A DNA stretch of 64,000 nucleotides. Origin: Zygnema circumcarinatum SAG 698-1b (taxonomy: Eukaryota > Plantae > Zygnematophyceae). Where the stretch lies: positions 2,552,327-2,616,326 of the forward strand of contig CM074807.1 in NCBI GenBank assembly GCA_037447605.1. Direction: 5' to 3'. Both the position numbers and the translations under genes were made by a program. Each line of letters opens with the position of its first letter. The stretch's first letter is position 1. Positions 1 through 13,456 of the stretch are shown here, one piece after another. The notes below the pieces were generated by a model. That model saw only the letters and a program-made list of their open reading frames with translations, ran no database searches and had not been told where the DNA came from.

Positions 1-55
1 GCCAATTGTAAGGTGATGCCTCGTCTAACTCTGTTCGAAACTTCCTTGCTTGCAG

Positions 56-3000
56 GTTATTCCACCTGGAATGGATTTCAGCCATGTAACCGTCGAAACA
101 GGTGACTTATCAGGAAACACTGATATGCTTACTGAAACGCCTACCTCTCCCAGGCCTGACCCTCCCATTTGGGCGGAGGTATGTGCTAGATAGAGACATT
201 ACTTTTTTTTCCAAAAAAAGTAATTGAACAGTTTTTAGATGCACTACACTGGCGCTTCTGTATTGGGTATCAACCAGAGGAAGTTGTTTTAGACGAACTG
301 ATGAGGTTTATCCACCGACGACGAGCTTGTCGTAGACATGGTCTATTGACAACTTGGTTCTATTGAATGTTGGCACAGGTGATGCGCTTCTTGAGCAACC
401 CACACAAGCCAATTATCTTGGCACTCGCCCGGCCAGACCCCAAAAAAAATCTGGTGGCACTTGTGAAAGCTTACGGCGAATGCAAGCCTTTGCGTGAGCT
501 TGCAAATATGGTATAATTTTCACCCAAGTAATCTGTCGAGAATCTTTCTGAAAGCAATGTTGTACAGCTATTAGCTACTGCTGTGCATGTTGACCTTCGC
601 ACCCAACATTGGTGGAGCGTTACAAATTAATTTCTTGAGCATTCTGAGTGTTATGCAGGTTCTAATCATGGGCAATCGAGATGACATTGACGAGATGTCA
701 AGTGCCAATGCTGAGGTGTTGACAACGGTGCTGAAGCTAATTGATCGCTATGATATGTACGGCCAAGTATCTTATCCTAAGCACCACAGGCAGAACGATG
801 TCCCAGAGATATATCGACTCGCAGCAAAATCCAAGGTCCTTCCCTCAATGTCTCCCTCGAACACTGTTTCCAGCATTGTTCTGCTCGGCTCGCTACGCAG
901 CACTACCTTTTTTTTTTTTTAGACTGGAGCTAAGCAAATTTTGCATGCTTTGAGCAGGGTGTTTTTGTGAATCCCGCTCTCGTGGAACCATTCGGCTTGA
1001 CTTTGATTGAGGTAAGCCTGAGATCCCTGAGCGCATTGGTCATCACAAAGATCTCAAAGGGGATGCATTGATCCAAGAAGGCACTGAAACAAGGATTCTG
1101 TGCCAAAAAAAGGGGGCAATTTCTAGTGTACTTTCCCGGCCTGTCTTATCTCCCTGTCTTCTCGTGATCCTTATCAAACCGTTAGCATCTGTATGCCTCT
1201 CTGTTGACTGTGGGACTGTCCTTAGTACCTGCATTTGCTGTCTTACATACTGCGTTCTTCCTGCACTGCCCGTCTGCACAAGCGGCACACATTGGGCGAG
1301 GTGCTCCTGTGGCTCGGCTGTCGTTTAGTGATACGATGTTTTTTGGGAAATGGGATATGCAGGCAGCTGCTTACGGCCTTCCTATGGTGGCTACTAAGAA
1401 CGGAGGTCCAGTGGACATTGCGAAGGTGCGGTTAACAAAAAACAAACGCTAGTTTGTTAGAACGCTCTAGTATCACCCTTGAAAAGAGTTGCTTAATACC
1501 CGGTAACTGAATGTGCTGCACCCTCGTTAGCTATGATATTCATTCATTTGCAATAGTATATAACTGTGATCTGGAATCTCATCGACATTAACTCTCGCCA
1601 GCTGACTCAAGGTCAAAGGTCGAAATACAGCCAACAGACCAATGGAAGAGGGAAGACAGATTCTCAGACCCAGACCGAAAGATTTCACTCAATTCTGAAA
1701 TGGTGCTGTGCTGCAGGCCTTGAGCAATGGAGTGCTCATAGATCCTCACGACCAAGCTGCTATTGCAGAAGCTCTGCTGAAACTCATTGGTGATCGTGCA
1801 ACTTGGGATACATGTCACAAGAACGGGCTCCGCAACATCCACCTGTACAGCTGGCCTGAACACTGTAGAACCTATTTGTCAAAAGTGGCCATGTGTCGAC
1901 TCCGTCATCCAGTTTGGCGAGGGGATGCGATTTGGGATGGGGGGGATGCCGAGTCACACGGGGACTCTTTACGAGATGTTCGCGACTTGTCGTTGGCCCT
2001 TTCAGTGGATGGGAAAGGTCTGAACGGATCCCTCACGAGTGGCGCAGATCTTGAAAAGTTTCTATCAGAGCGAGAGCAAGCAATTCAGCAACCAGGGCTC
2101 TCTCGCAGGGCAGCCGGGTCGAGGAGCACGGGTTTGCAGCCCATGCAAGAGGAATCTGAAGCAGATGGCTTTCCTCAACTCAGTGGAGTATCACCTGGAA
2201 GCTTCATGAGAAGCAGGAAAGGGCTGATTGTTGTTTCAGTTGACAGCTATGATAGCTCAGGAGAAGCAGGAGCTGCCTTCACAAAAGTGATCAAGGCTGT
2301 CGTTGACTCTGTCAATTCCGGAAAACTTGATAAGAGCAGAGGATTGGTTGTATCTACAGCGCTCTCAGGAACCGAAGTAGTTAAATGGTTGAGCTCTAGT
2401 GGCATTGGCCTTGGCAGCGTAGATCTTATCATCGCAGGAAGTGGAAGTGAGCTTTATTACGTGTGCAACGGGCAACTTGTGCCTGACAGCGACTATGAAG
2501 CGCACATTGAGTATCGGTGGGGAGGTGATGGGGTCCGAAAGTCGATGTCTCGAGTAATTGCTGCTTCAAACAACTCAGGAGAAAATGGTAATTTCCAGCA
2601 ACATGGACTGGTGGAGGACTCACAGAGAAGCGGATCTCGCCGATTGGCCTACAAAGTGCTGGACCCGTCTCAGGTATACTCCCAACCGAATTTGAGTTTC
2701 ACTCAGCACCTGTGAGCCATCTTCATGTTTAATGCTGTGCTGCTTTCATCACGATGTTTAGCACCTTCAATCTGCTGTGGAGGTTAAAGTTGGAAGCATA
2801 GAGGGTTGACGCTGCGGAGGCTGTGGCTGTGAGGCAGGTCCCGGCCGCACTCGAGCTGCGAAAGCGTCTGAGAATGCGGGGATTGCGCTGTCACGTCGTG
2901 TACTGCCGTTCTGGAACAGCGCTGCACCTTCTTCCCGTGCATGCGTCACGAGCACAGGCGCTGAGGTGAGTACTCCACGAGCTGCTTTGTGGGATGAACC

Positions 3001-3860
3001 CGAACATTCAGGCTAAGAAACAAGCTTGTTTATTTTGGTCTTTGCTGGCTCTGAAATGCTTTTGGCTTGAATGGGATGGATTTCCCATTTGATCCCTGAT
3101 CTTTTGAACACGGCAAGTTGAGTGGCCGAAGGAGCGATGGATTTTGTGCAGGTTATGATTGCAGACTCTGTGTCTTGTTTTTCTTGCGTTTCAAATAAAC
3201 TTGTCAGTAACCAATTTTGCACAAGACAGGTTGAGACACCCTCTGTGGAATATGGTTTACTTAATAATACATACAATACTTGAGATTTCATGGGACTTCT
3301 TGAAGTAGTGTGATGCAACCCAACCTCCATTTTTCATTCTTAAATTTGTTGATTTTCACGAACCAGTAAGTGGATACTCATTTGCTTCCTCCAGAGTCAT
3401 GCATGTCGTCCCAACAGTTCTACTCACATAATGTGCGAAATGCTCTTCACTATTTCTATCAGAAAGAACTGTGCTTCTTATCATGTTCCCTTACGAGACA
3501 TTCTCGGCTGATAAGAGAAGGCTTCTTGTATCCCTTTGCTTAAGTTGAGCGCTGACTGGTTGATAACGGCTTGGTTTGGGCCGCAGATATCTATTCGTCC
3601 GATGGGGCATCGATGTGTCCAACATGACCATGGTGGTGGGCTCCGGCGGAGACAGCGACTACTCAGAGATGCTGGCGGGCGTGCATCGCACACTGGTGGT
3701 AGACGTGGATGGCTGCCTCGCGGCAGGGCCTGCACGCTCGCTGCTGGGCAACCTCACAGACGAGGAGTCCCAACACGCGGCAAACTTACACAAGATTGAG
3801 CTGAAGGATGACGTTGAAGGAGCCCTAATCAATGCCTTGGGAAAATCCAACAAACAATAG
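56..3860 (+). CDS. SPS: Sucrose-phosphate synthase (5'-partial; C-terminal glycosyltransferase and SPP-like domains)
   Basis: GT-AG exons 56-178, 379-510, 659-835, 958-1011, 1363-1425, 1717-2673, 2838-2965, 3587-3860 join in frame. Motifs [84 protein letters not shown] are characteristic of plant SPS. Confidence 0.96.
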
Positions 3861-4333
3861 CATGAGGCGAACACGGCACTCCGTGCATCATAGAAAAACA
3901 AAATGCGAACTGCAGGACTCTGTACAATACTCTCATGGTAGGTGAGGCTTGTGCGGCCCCATGCCTTTAAGCGCAGTTTTTTGAATCGGCAATTGCTCTT
4001 GAGGTCGGTCGTTTCTCATTATTCAGGCGCAGGGTCAAACGAATGGAGGCGTTAAGCAGAGGGAAATGTTCTGAGATGTCATTGTTGTACTGTAAATGAA
4101 CAAATTTTGTAACGAAATTGTAACTGTAACATCTCTGGCTCGCACAAGTCAACGCCGAGGACGATGTATGCAAGTGGTTTAACCTTCTGCTAAACTCATT
4201 TATTTTAACATCCAACCCACCCTTCTTGGCAGCCCTGAAATGAACCACCCTCAGGCAAAGCAGAAAACCAGAGGGACACCACGCCACCACTCGGTCACAG
4301 CTTCAAAAGAAAGACGAGATCCGCCCGGTGCAC

Positions 4334-7025
4334 TCACGGCAACAAAACATTGGCCTTTAATATCGTGCTCTGAAACTCCGTACAGAAATCAAAAACCACG
4401 AGTGGAGACAGCCCCCATAAGAAACAAAAATCTATAATGCATTTGCGGCCCTCTCCCCTGTACAGCTGCACCTCAAACCGCAGGTCTGCCGCCGCTGAAG
4501 CAGTACTGCTCTCCTCGTCCCGCACGCCCTCCAATTCCGAGCTCCCATTGTCCACGCTAAGTCCCTCCACCCGCCGCATGGGACTATGCAGATCAATGTC
4601 AGCCTCTCTAGCGGGTCGCTTTCTAACTGCTCCCCTTTGTCTGCCTATTAAAACCCTAAGATTGGCCTCCCTCTGCCAGGGTCTCCTGCATTTGAGACTG
4701 TAGGGCCCAAGCCGCTTCCAACTCACTCTCAGACTCTTTAGGGCAGAAAGCACCCGCTGCATGGCTTCCTGCCCCGAGGCCTCCACTGTGATCCCCGGAT
4801 CCCACCTGGCCTGTCCCCATATGCGGTGCTGTAGCTGTCCATCTTCTGACCATGGAGTGACACCCCACTGCTCCGCTCTGCCACCTGACATGCATCCTCC
4901 CTCTCTATCACCGACAGGCCCTGCTGGGGAGGTTCCTTCCTCCGGCGACGACATCCCCCTCACACCGTCGGCACGATCGTCTCTCCTCTCGCTGGGACTG
5001 GCCTGCTGTGCACTGCTACTAGATACCGCCTCCCCTTCAGCAAGGTCGGTCCCTCGAAGCTGTATGATGTCCTGAGGAATGAACCACGGCAGAAACCATG
5101 GATGCCGCCGCACTTCGGGAATGGTGGCCCGCAGCGTGGGGTCGACCACCAGAAGGCGCGCCAAAAGGTCCTGAGCAGCAGGAGAGGCGTGGGCTGGTCG
5201 AGGATATGCAGCTACCTTTATTTTCTGGTAAAGTGCGGCATGGCTCTTTTCGTCAAAAGGCAGGCGCCCACAGAGCAGTGTGTAAAGCACCACTCCACAG
5301 CCCCACAAGTCTACTTCTGGCCCACAATATGGGCGTCCGCATATAACTTCTGGAGCAGCATAATTAGGGCTTCCGCAACTAGTCGTAAGGAAGTGGCCCT
5401 CACGCATGATGTTCCCGAGACCGAAATCAGCAATCTTCACAGTCCAGTGGGCGTCCAGGAGGATGTTCTCCGGCTTCAAGTCGCGATGCGCCACCATGCG
5501 CCTGTGACAGCACTCAAGCCCTGCAATCATTTGCTGAAAGATGCGGCGAGCTTCACCCTCAGATAATCGGCCTCGCTCTGTGATGTACTCGAACAGCTCT
5601 CCATTCTGTGCGTACTCCATCACCAGCACGATGTACCTGAGAGCCATAATGAGAGAAACCCATTCAAAGATTGTGGGATGTAACCAGACAGTTCATGCTT
5701 TGCATTCAGAAATTATCTTTCCTGTACATTCCGTAAACCACAAGCGCAGTTTCATTCCATATATATCAAACCCACGACCAGATGAACAAAAAATGAAATG
5801 TTCCAGACAATTTTAATACACAACAAGCCAAGCGTAGTCATCTTACATGTGTGTTGCAGCCTACAGCCCGAACATAATCATCCCCGCTACATGTGAGGTT
5901 GCCCAGGACTCCAAAAAGCTCAAATTACCTGTGACAGGCTAAAATCAAACTATAAACCTCGTGTCACGTCGTTATACACTCTAGTGCTGCGTTTGGTTTC
6001 ACACTCCAGAGCTAACATGCCTGTTGTAGTCTAAAGAGGAAGGGCGAACCTCTCCTTCGAATACAGATGCAATGAGCTTAATGAAGTCATCCAATGCCAT
6101 TCTCAGCTACTGGAGTTGGCTAGGTAGTATTAAAAGTCCCAAACAATAATTCAGGAACAACCTCGGCAAAGAGGAGAGGGGAACACTAGAGGAATGGAAG
6201 CCTAAACTTAGACATATTTGTCGGATTTGGAGAAGGTTTTTTGAGGAAGAATGAGCTTGCAATGACAGTTGGCATGCAAACATTACAGGTTACTAGACAC
6301 GAGGGAAAAAATGTTTGTTTTCTAACTTTCAAGCAACGACCGAAGAAAAACAGACAGTTTGGCAACGTGTTTAATCCTTCGACCCACTTGCTCTAATACT
6401 CGCAGGCAAACAAGAACCTTTCCGATAGAAAAACCTACTTAATCAAACTGCAAGTTGCGAGGATAATCCGCATTTCCTGTTTCAGCATAGAACGAGAACA
6501 GAGCTCCCTCGTACCAACTTAAAATCCAATCCCCTCTCTCCTCCTCCACTCCCCTTTCCTTCCGTTCCCTTTCCTTCCAACACGCCACTCTTTTCCAAGC
6601 TCATCCCTCCACCGTGGAATCTTAGTAGACTCCCAACTCTTACTTGATTCCTCCCCCTTTTCCCTCTCCCACCCCTCCCCGCTCCTACCGCTCCTCTCCA
6701 ACTCTCCCCCCAACCCTCTCCCTCCCTTCCCTGCTCACCTAGGCGTCTCCCGCACGTCGTACAACCTGATGATGTTCGGATGCTTCAAGCGCAGCAGAAT
6801 GTCGATCTCCCTCCGCACCTTCTCCTCCATGCCGAGCTCCACGATGCGCTCCTTCTTCAGCGTCTTCACCGCCACGCGTGCGTGCGTCTCGCGGTGCTCC
6901 ATGAGGAACACGCGCCCAAAGGAGCCCGCGCCGAGCTGCAGCCGCGGGCCGTACTGAGGGAGAGCCTCCTCCGCCGCGCGCAGAGAGGGGGGCCGGCTCG
7001 CGGCGATGCGGCGGGAGTCCGCCAT
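4334..7025 (-). CDS. SnRK1-alpha/SNF1-like Ser/Thr kinase, divergent, two coding exons
   Basis: Exons 7025-6739 and 5636-4334 (AG|G forms Arg in ETPR-YIVLVMEY). Intact LGAGSFGRV, VAVK, HRDLKPENILL, DFG, GHFLTTSCGSPNYAAPEVI; C-terminal KA1-like segments (RVSWKRLGPYSLKCR, RFEVQLY). Confidence 0.88.
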
Positions 7026-8315
7026 GGCTGGTGGAGAAGGAAGGGAGAGGGAGCCCGGAACTTTAACAAGGGGACTGACTCATTTTTCCAGGAAAGCCTG
7101 TCTGTACAAATAATAGGGTTTGGAGGAGTGTCGGCGAGGAAGCCTCTCGCTGACGGAGAGGGAGAGAGGGGAGGAGTGCTTTATTTGGAGTGGCATAGGT
7201 GCCCGAGGACACGGGAGGGAGAGGGAAGGGAGGGAGGGGGAGGGAGGGAGAGGGAGGGAGGTAGGGAGGGAGAGGGAGGGCGGCAAGGAGGGAGAAGAGC
7301 TGACGAGAGCGGCGGAGGGCGCTGCCACGTGGCCGCCTCGCTCCCACTTTCCAGCAGCGCCTGTCAGACGCAGAAGGGTCCCGCTCCCGCCGTCAACTTG
7401 GGAACGGAACTGAGCGGGGGTCTATGTCTAAGCGCTCCGTCGCGCGATGGAAACGGTCAAGTCGAACAGGCTGTGAACGGGACGCGACTACACTTCAACA
7501 AAAGGAGCCGCTACATGTGAAGAATCCAGACCAGTTTCGTCAGTAACCACGAGAGCGTAGATTTTCGCAGGGAACAACGCTCGCGAGCACGATGTTGGAC
7601 CACTCAGCGACGATCACGTGTCGTTTCCCTGCCACTCCGTTGGTGGAAGCTTTTGAACATGCCACGTGGCGGGAAACCATTCGCCGGAACAAAAAAGTGG
7701 ATAAGGATCGGCCACGTCACCCCGAGGCTTCTAAGCACTTTCCTCTCCCCAGCCCGCCATTGGCTGAGCCCAAAACCGTAACTGTCCACGTGGCGTGGCA
7801 TTACGAAAAACCGTAACGCCACGTGGCACTGCACGGGCGGGATGGGGGACACCTTCCCCAGGAGGAATCGAACCCGCGACAGCGACCGGCCAGGCCGGTT
7901 TTTGTTTAAAACCTGTCGTGAGGGCGGCGACCGCAGCCGTCGATGCGGCCGCCATCGACGGCTGCAGAGGCTGCGCTTTGAGCCGCCTCGGTTCCTTCGC
8001 GGCGGAGGACGCGAACTGAGCTCGCTCAATACGTTCACAGATGGGGGGTTGGCACGGAGTGGCGAGGCCCAACCATTGGAACAAATGGGGGGATTACGGG
8101 CCCACAAACTGCATGCAAATTAGAAATGGAAGTGGCGTTGATCTCACGTATTGATCTCTCATGCAAAAATTCACTTTGGCGAGACCATAAACATGCCACT
8201 TTCCTTCCCATAATCATGGCTCCAATCCAATTTCGATGCTTCCAGTCCAAGCCAACCTCCCCCTGAACCCTCCCCCACCCCACCCCGAACCTTTGTACAC
8301 CAAGCCTCCCCCGCA

Positions 8316-11300
8316 TCATCTGGCCGCGCCCCCTTCAAGCAGCAGGGGGGGCTCTTCCCCACTTCTGAAGTCGTGCCCTGTCACTGGGCACACGTACTCC
8401 CCGACCCTGGCAAGGCACTGGACCCATCCCCCCACCTCACTAGTGAGAGACAACCTCAAATACCAAACAGAGGGAGGAACGTGCGCTCAACACAAGCGAA
8501 TGAGACGGAGCCCCGAGCAGCAGCAGCAGCACCTGATAGCAGACGAGCAGGCCGTGCGGGTAGAGGGCGAAGAGCCGCGAGCCGATCCTACGGCTGCAGG
8601 CGGCGCACTCCGCCTCCTCCGTGATCACGGCCGTCCGCGTCCGCTCGGCCACGCGCGCCACCCGGGCGCTCAGATTGGTGGCGCGCGCCAGCTGGCGGAC
8701 AATCTGCACAGGGCCTCTCCTTGTGCGTTACCAACCGTTGGCCACGACGGTCGTGCAACAGGTCTGGCAGCAGCATGTAAACAGTTGAGTTCGCGGTTAA
8801 GGGGGCGGACCTGGCCCTGGCGATGGCGGTGCGCGAGGTGGCGGAGGAGGCGGGCGAGGCTGCTGCAGGCCTCCTGGAGGGGCATGCTGCTGGAGAGGGC
8901 CTGCAAGGGATGGTGCCGCCCAGAGGGAGCAAGATGGAACTAGGTCTAAGAACATCTAGAGAATAAACATCAAGCAGCGGCACGTAACATAGCATGCACT
9001 GTCACATTACAGATAGGTTCTATGCTGCAGTTAATCTCTTCTGAAGTCTGACTTGTGGGGTTTTTGACTGAAAAGTCAGTCATGGGGGGGGGGGGGCGGG
9101 GAGGGGGAGAGCAACCAACCACCTCCAGCAGAGCTTCCCAGACAAATGCGTCAGCGTGACATAACAGCAGCATAACTGAGAGATCAAGAGAGGAAAGACG
9201 CATGTCGAACCTGCTTACTGTCTTCTATATCAACATTACAACTGCAATGGTGGCTCCTCTCAGGATGTAGGATAAGCAAATGTTATACCTCCACAACACG
9301 CAAGGAGTCGAGCTTTTCCCCATGTCTCAAAAGCAGGCGTACAGCTTCCCTATGCAAAGGCGGCTGGTTGTCTCCTGGGTGCAGGTAGAGGTCCAACAGC
9401 CTGCACCATCCCAACCAACACATCGCTCTCCAATCAGCCATTGAACACCTGAACCTGCAAGCAGCGCAGTGCAGTGTGTGTGTGTACAAAACTGCGACAT
9501 ACTGCAGAAGTGCTTCCTCTTCCCGACCGCTACCGCCCGCTTCCCCGAGCTCCATGCAATACAGTTCGGCAGCCTCAGGGTCTCGTAGTTTCCTGCGTAT
9601 TCCCCCCACAGCCATCCGTCAAAACCCTGCTCCTCTCTCTGCGGCCCTAAAGGAAGAGGCAGAGGGGGGTTTAGAGAAGGGTTGTGCTCTCACAGTGCCA
9701 GCACCTGGAGGGCCGCCGCATGCTTGCCCTGCCGACGCAGCACAATTGCCTGTCCTCCCCGCAAACTTCTCCGCCTTTCAATTCCGCAAACGTCAACAGC
9801 TTCATGTGGTTGCATTCCCGTTCCATTTCCCCATTTCTCTTTAGAATACTAAACAGTGTGAGCCTCACCTGCTCCTGCCAGAGTTCTGAGCCGTTGATGC
9901 GTTCCATGATCACCGCAGAATCGTATGCATCTGACTCGCGAAGAAACCTGACCAGCAGCTCCCTTGCAGCAGCTTGCTGTCTGCCTCTGCCCTCTCCCCC
10001 ACCTCCTCCTCCCTCACCTCCCTCCTCCAACAGCTCCATTACCACACCTGTCAGAGCCGTTGCATACTGCGTGTGCTGCTCCGGTGGTGGGCTGCGTTGG
10101 CCCTCCACTAGCCAACGCAAACCGCTGCACGTTCCAAAGTCACATTTCAGGACAACACTGCAAAAAGATATCACCCTGCTGTCATGTTCAGGGAGAGAAT
10201 CAGTAGGTGGGTGTTCGCCTCTCACCTGAGGCGAACACTGGTGGGGAGAGATGGAAGCACGTCCAACGCTGTGCCTGTTCCCACAGACCCACCCTCCCTT
10301 AGAACATTTCCCCTGCAAATAGCTGCTGTATATGGCGCACAAAAGGCATGAAAAGCAACATGAAACATGTGAAGGATGGGCAATCAACCCGGTGGGAGCT
10401 GTGGCGAGGTCAGGGCCGCCAAAGCTGCTTCCTCGTCCAACTCAGCCATCTGCCCTGCCCAACTGCCCTCCACAATTGGCATAAAGAAGACGGCACCCTG
10501 CCATAGACTCCTCGACCTCGACAGACTTCATCGTTCCTTCTTTAACAGCACATGAGCACACGTGCAGCATGTAAACAAGTTTTAGCTAGTCTCGTACGAT
10601 TTGACTTTCAAACATCAAGAGAATCTCCAAGGGTTAGGGCAAGGACAGAAGCTTACCCATGGCACGTGCTGCTTCACAAGGAGTGGTGTTGGCGAGGCTT
10701 GCAGCAAGCGGGCCACCTCCCATACAGCTCTCCCCTGCGGCCCCTCCTCAGTATGGCGAGGACCTTCCGCCAACCGTTGGCGCGCAATGTCCGACCACAC
10801 AGCCAACGCCTGCTCCGGAAGGGTTCGGGCCTCCAAAAGCATTGCAAGGGCACAATACCTTCCGTTCGCCCTGAGGGCCTCCTCTGCATCATCCTTCAAA
10901 ACAAACAGACATTCAAAACTGCCCAGTCAGGACCTTGGCTGCTGAAGAGCACGTGCAGGAGGACTGTGGCTTCATTTGAGCAGAAGGAAAGACCAGCATC
11001 TTAATGTTTGAGGATACTCTTTGGCTCACCAGCAAACAGCTACATGGCTTCTGTACAAAAGCCTCTAGAGACTGTACGGCCTCGGCTCCGAGCTGCAGGT
11101 ACAGGTGAAGCAGCAAACTATCAACACCCTCCTTCTTCCAGGCATCCATCTGTTTTTCGCGTGCTCCCTCCAAGTACCTGTACGTCCGAAAGAACGGCAC
11201 TTCACACTGCTGTGCTGATAATGAAGTGCTGATAATGAAGTGGAAAAAGACTGGGCAGCAGACGGAGAACGAACCTTACTATGCACCTCACGGCTGTTAT

Positions 11301-13340
11301 TAACAACCTCTCCTCTTGGCCCTCAAGGGATGGGTCCGCTTGCAGTCCAGCACGGATCATTTCGGGTAACGCTTGCAAAGGTGCATGCAGGCCCCAGTGC
11401 CGCTTACGAGGCACCTGCATCTCCGCAAAAAATATTGGTCAAAATCATGCTAATGAAAATTATCAACAAAGGCAGTATTCATCATTCGCCAATTGAGTGC
11501 AATTCGGAAGCGCTAGTGACGTAAACATAACCTATTCTACTTGCAAAGAATGCGTTGGCAATCGTCAGCCTCCAGTACTGGCAATGCTCGTGGTTGCAGC
11601 TGCTCAGTGCAACCACACCAGCCATGTGATTTCCTTCACTCGCTGAGAGACCTTCCCCTGGCCTTCTCCTCTGGTGAAAAACTCCCAAAGGCCATCTCTT
11701 TAGAAAAATCCAGCAAGCAAAAACACCATTTTGTGCCCTCGTCAAGACCATAGACATAGACATAGACCATAGACATTGCATCGACTACTTTGAGATCGTC
11801 TAAGAGCAGCTCACCTGGGCTCGCCACCGAGCTGTCAGATATGGGAACAAAGGAAAGAGCTCCGCAGGTTCAATGCTGCTGAGCGACAGGTGGCTCTCTG
11901 CTTCCTCAAACCGCAGCAAAAGCAGCAGCAGCAGGGCCGCCTGTGCATGGGCCTGAGCAACCCGCGCCTCGACTTCTTCAGAGGACTCCCCGGGCTGCAC
12001 CTCTGATGCAACTTCAAGGGCCTCTGAGTAACGCCGCGCTCGTAAGAGCTCACGCGCTTGCACCTCCGCCGGTACCCTCTCCAGCGCCCACAACTGCATC
12101 GTTCACCCCCAACATGGCTTACTAAAAATTGCGATCTAAAACTAAGTTTGGCTCACTCCGTTAACGCTGCAACACACTCCAGGTAAAAGGTGACAAATGT
12201 TTCAGAATAAAGGGGAGGAATTTATTTTCCGCCTAAAAAAAAGAATCTTAATGAGCAGGGGGTTAAGAGAGCAAAATAAAAGTGCACCTGACCGGTCGTG
12301 GCGACCACAACGAGCTCGCCAGCATCGTCGTCTGCAATGCACGCTGCTATTTTGACTCCCGTGGGAAAGGACAAAACCTGCAAGCGGGCTCCGGTGGATC
12401 TATGATGTACCTCCAGCCCTCCTGCAGGATCTGCACTAATAATATAAGGGGGAGTCTGTCCCAAACCCAGCGGTGGCGCAGTAAACAACAGACTGCTTCC
12501 CGACGGCTGCCCCGTAGGATTTACCACTACACCCGCTCGCTCTGCTACTAAAATTGCTTCAGTGCTACTCGGAAGCACTTTGATCAGCGGCTTTTGCAAG
12601 GAATCAGGAGGAAGGGCAAACAGCGGTGACGCATTCTTATCTTTTAAAGAAATGAGAACGTACTGCCCCTTCACCGCCACAATCAGAGCCTCTCCTACCC
12701 AAGCCAAAGCTTGCAAACCGTCCAAACCAGACCATTCTCGCAAAATTTTTGCTCCTATAGAAGAACTAGGGTTGCTTCTTCCACTGAAACTACTAACGCG
12801 AGGGCCATCCTGCACACTAGTTCGCTGTGGAATGGCATTCCCTTGCCGTAGTTCCAATAATAGTAGCCGTGTTGCAGTAGCCACAGCCAGCCTGCAGCCC
12901 CTCCCTACTGCTGCTCCTCCCCTGCTGCTCTTATTATTCCTCTGCCTACTCTCTCGGGCCATACACAGTATACCCTTTGCAGGCAGCACCACATGACCAT
13001 CCAGAGCCTGCATGTCAAGCAGCTGGACTTGACCACCACATAACACGGCAACACGCCGCAGCTCTGCAAGAACTAAAAGAGCCTGAACGGCTTGCTTGCC
13101 TACCACCACCTTCGCCCTTGCATCTGAGCCTGCATCTGTGGCTGCAGCAGACCCTCGTACTGCCAAAGAATAGCGCAGAAGAGTGCCCCCATCTGTGCCT
13201 GCAAAAACCTGCATCTCTCCCTCCTCTCGCACGTCTCTCCCCACGGCCAGGCTGCACACAGCTCCCTCCTCCTGCTCCGCTACCAGGCGCCATTTCAGCG
13301 GTGCTCTCTGCTCCGGCAGCCGGGCCCCTCCCACCCCCAT
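8316..13340 (-). CDS. VPS3/TGFBRAP1-like (Vps39 family) CORVET subunit: CNH domain, clathrin-repeat region, Vps39_2 C-terminus
   Basis: Large first exon from ATG 13340 with CNH-like beta-propeller sequence; internal LQLWALERVP, ALAMLLEAR, WKKEGVDSLLLHLYL; C-terminal TAVITEEAECAACSRRIGSRLFALYPHGLLVCYQ; last exon 8417-8316 (CLARVGEYVCPVTGHDF...TGA). Not all internal exon borders resolved. Confidence 0.82.
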
Positions 13341-13456
13341 CAGCCGCTCCGTGCGCGTAAGCGCAGAGGAGAGGCGGGGAAGAGGGGGAGGCGATGTGCG
13401 CTTTTAGGGTTAGACGATTGATCCCTTTTCTAATTCCTCGCCGCCTGCTCGCATCC

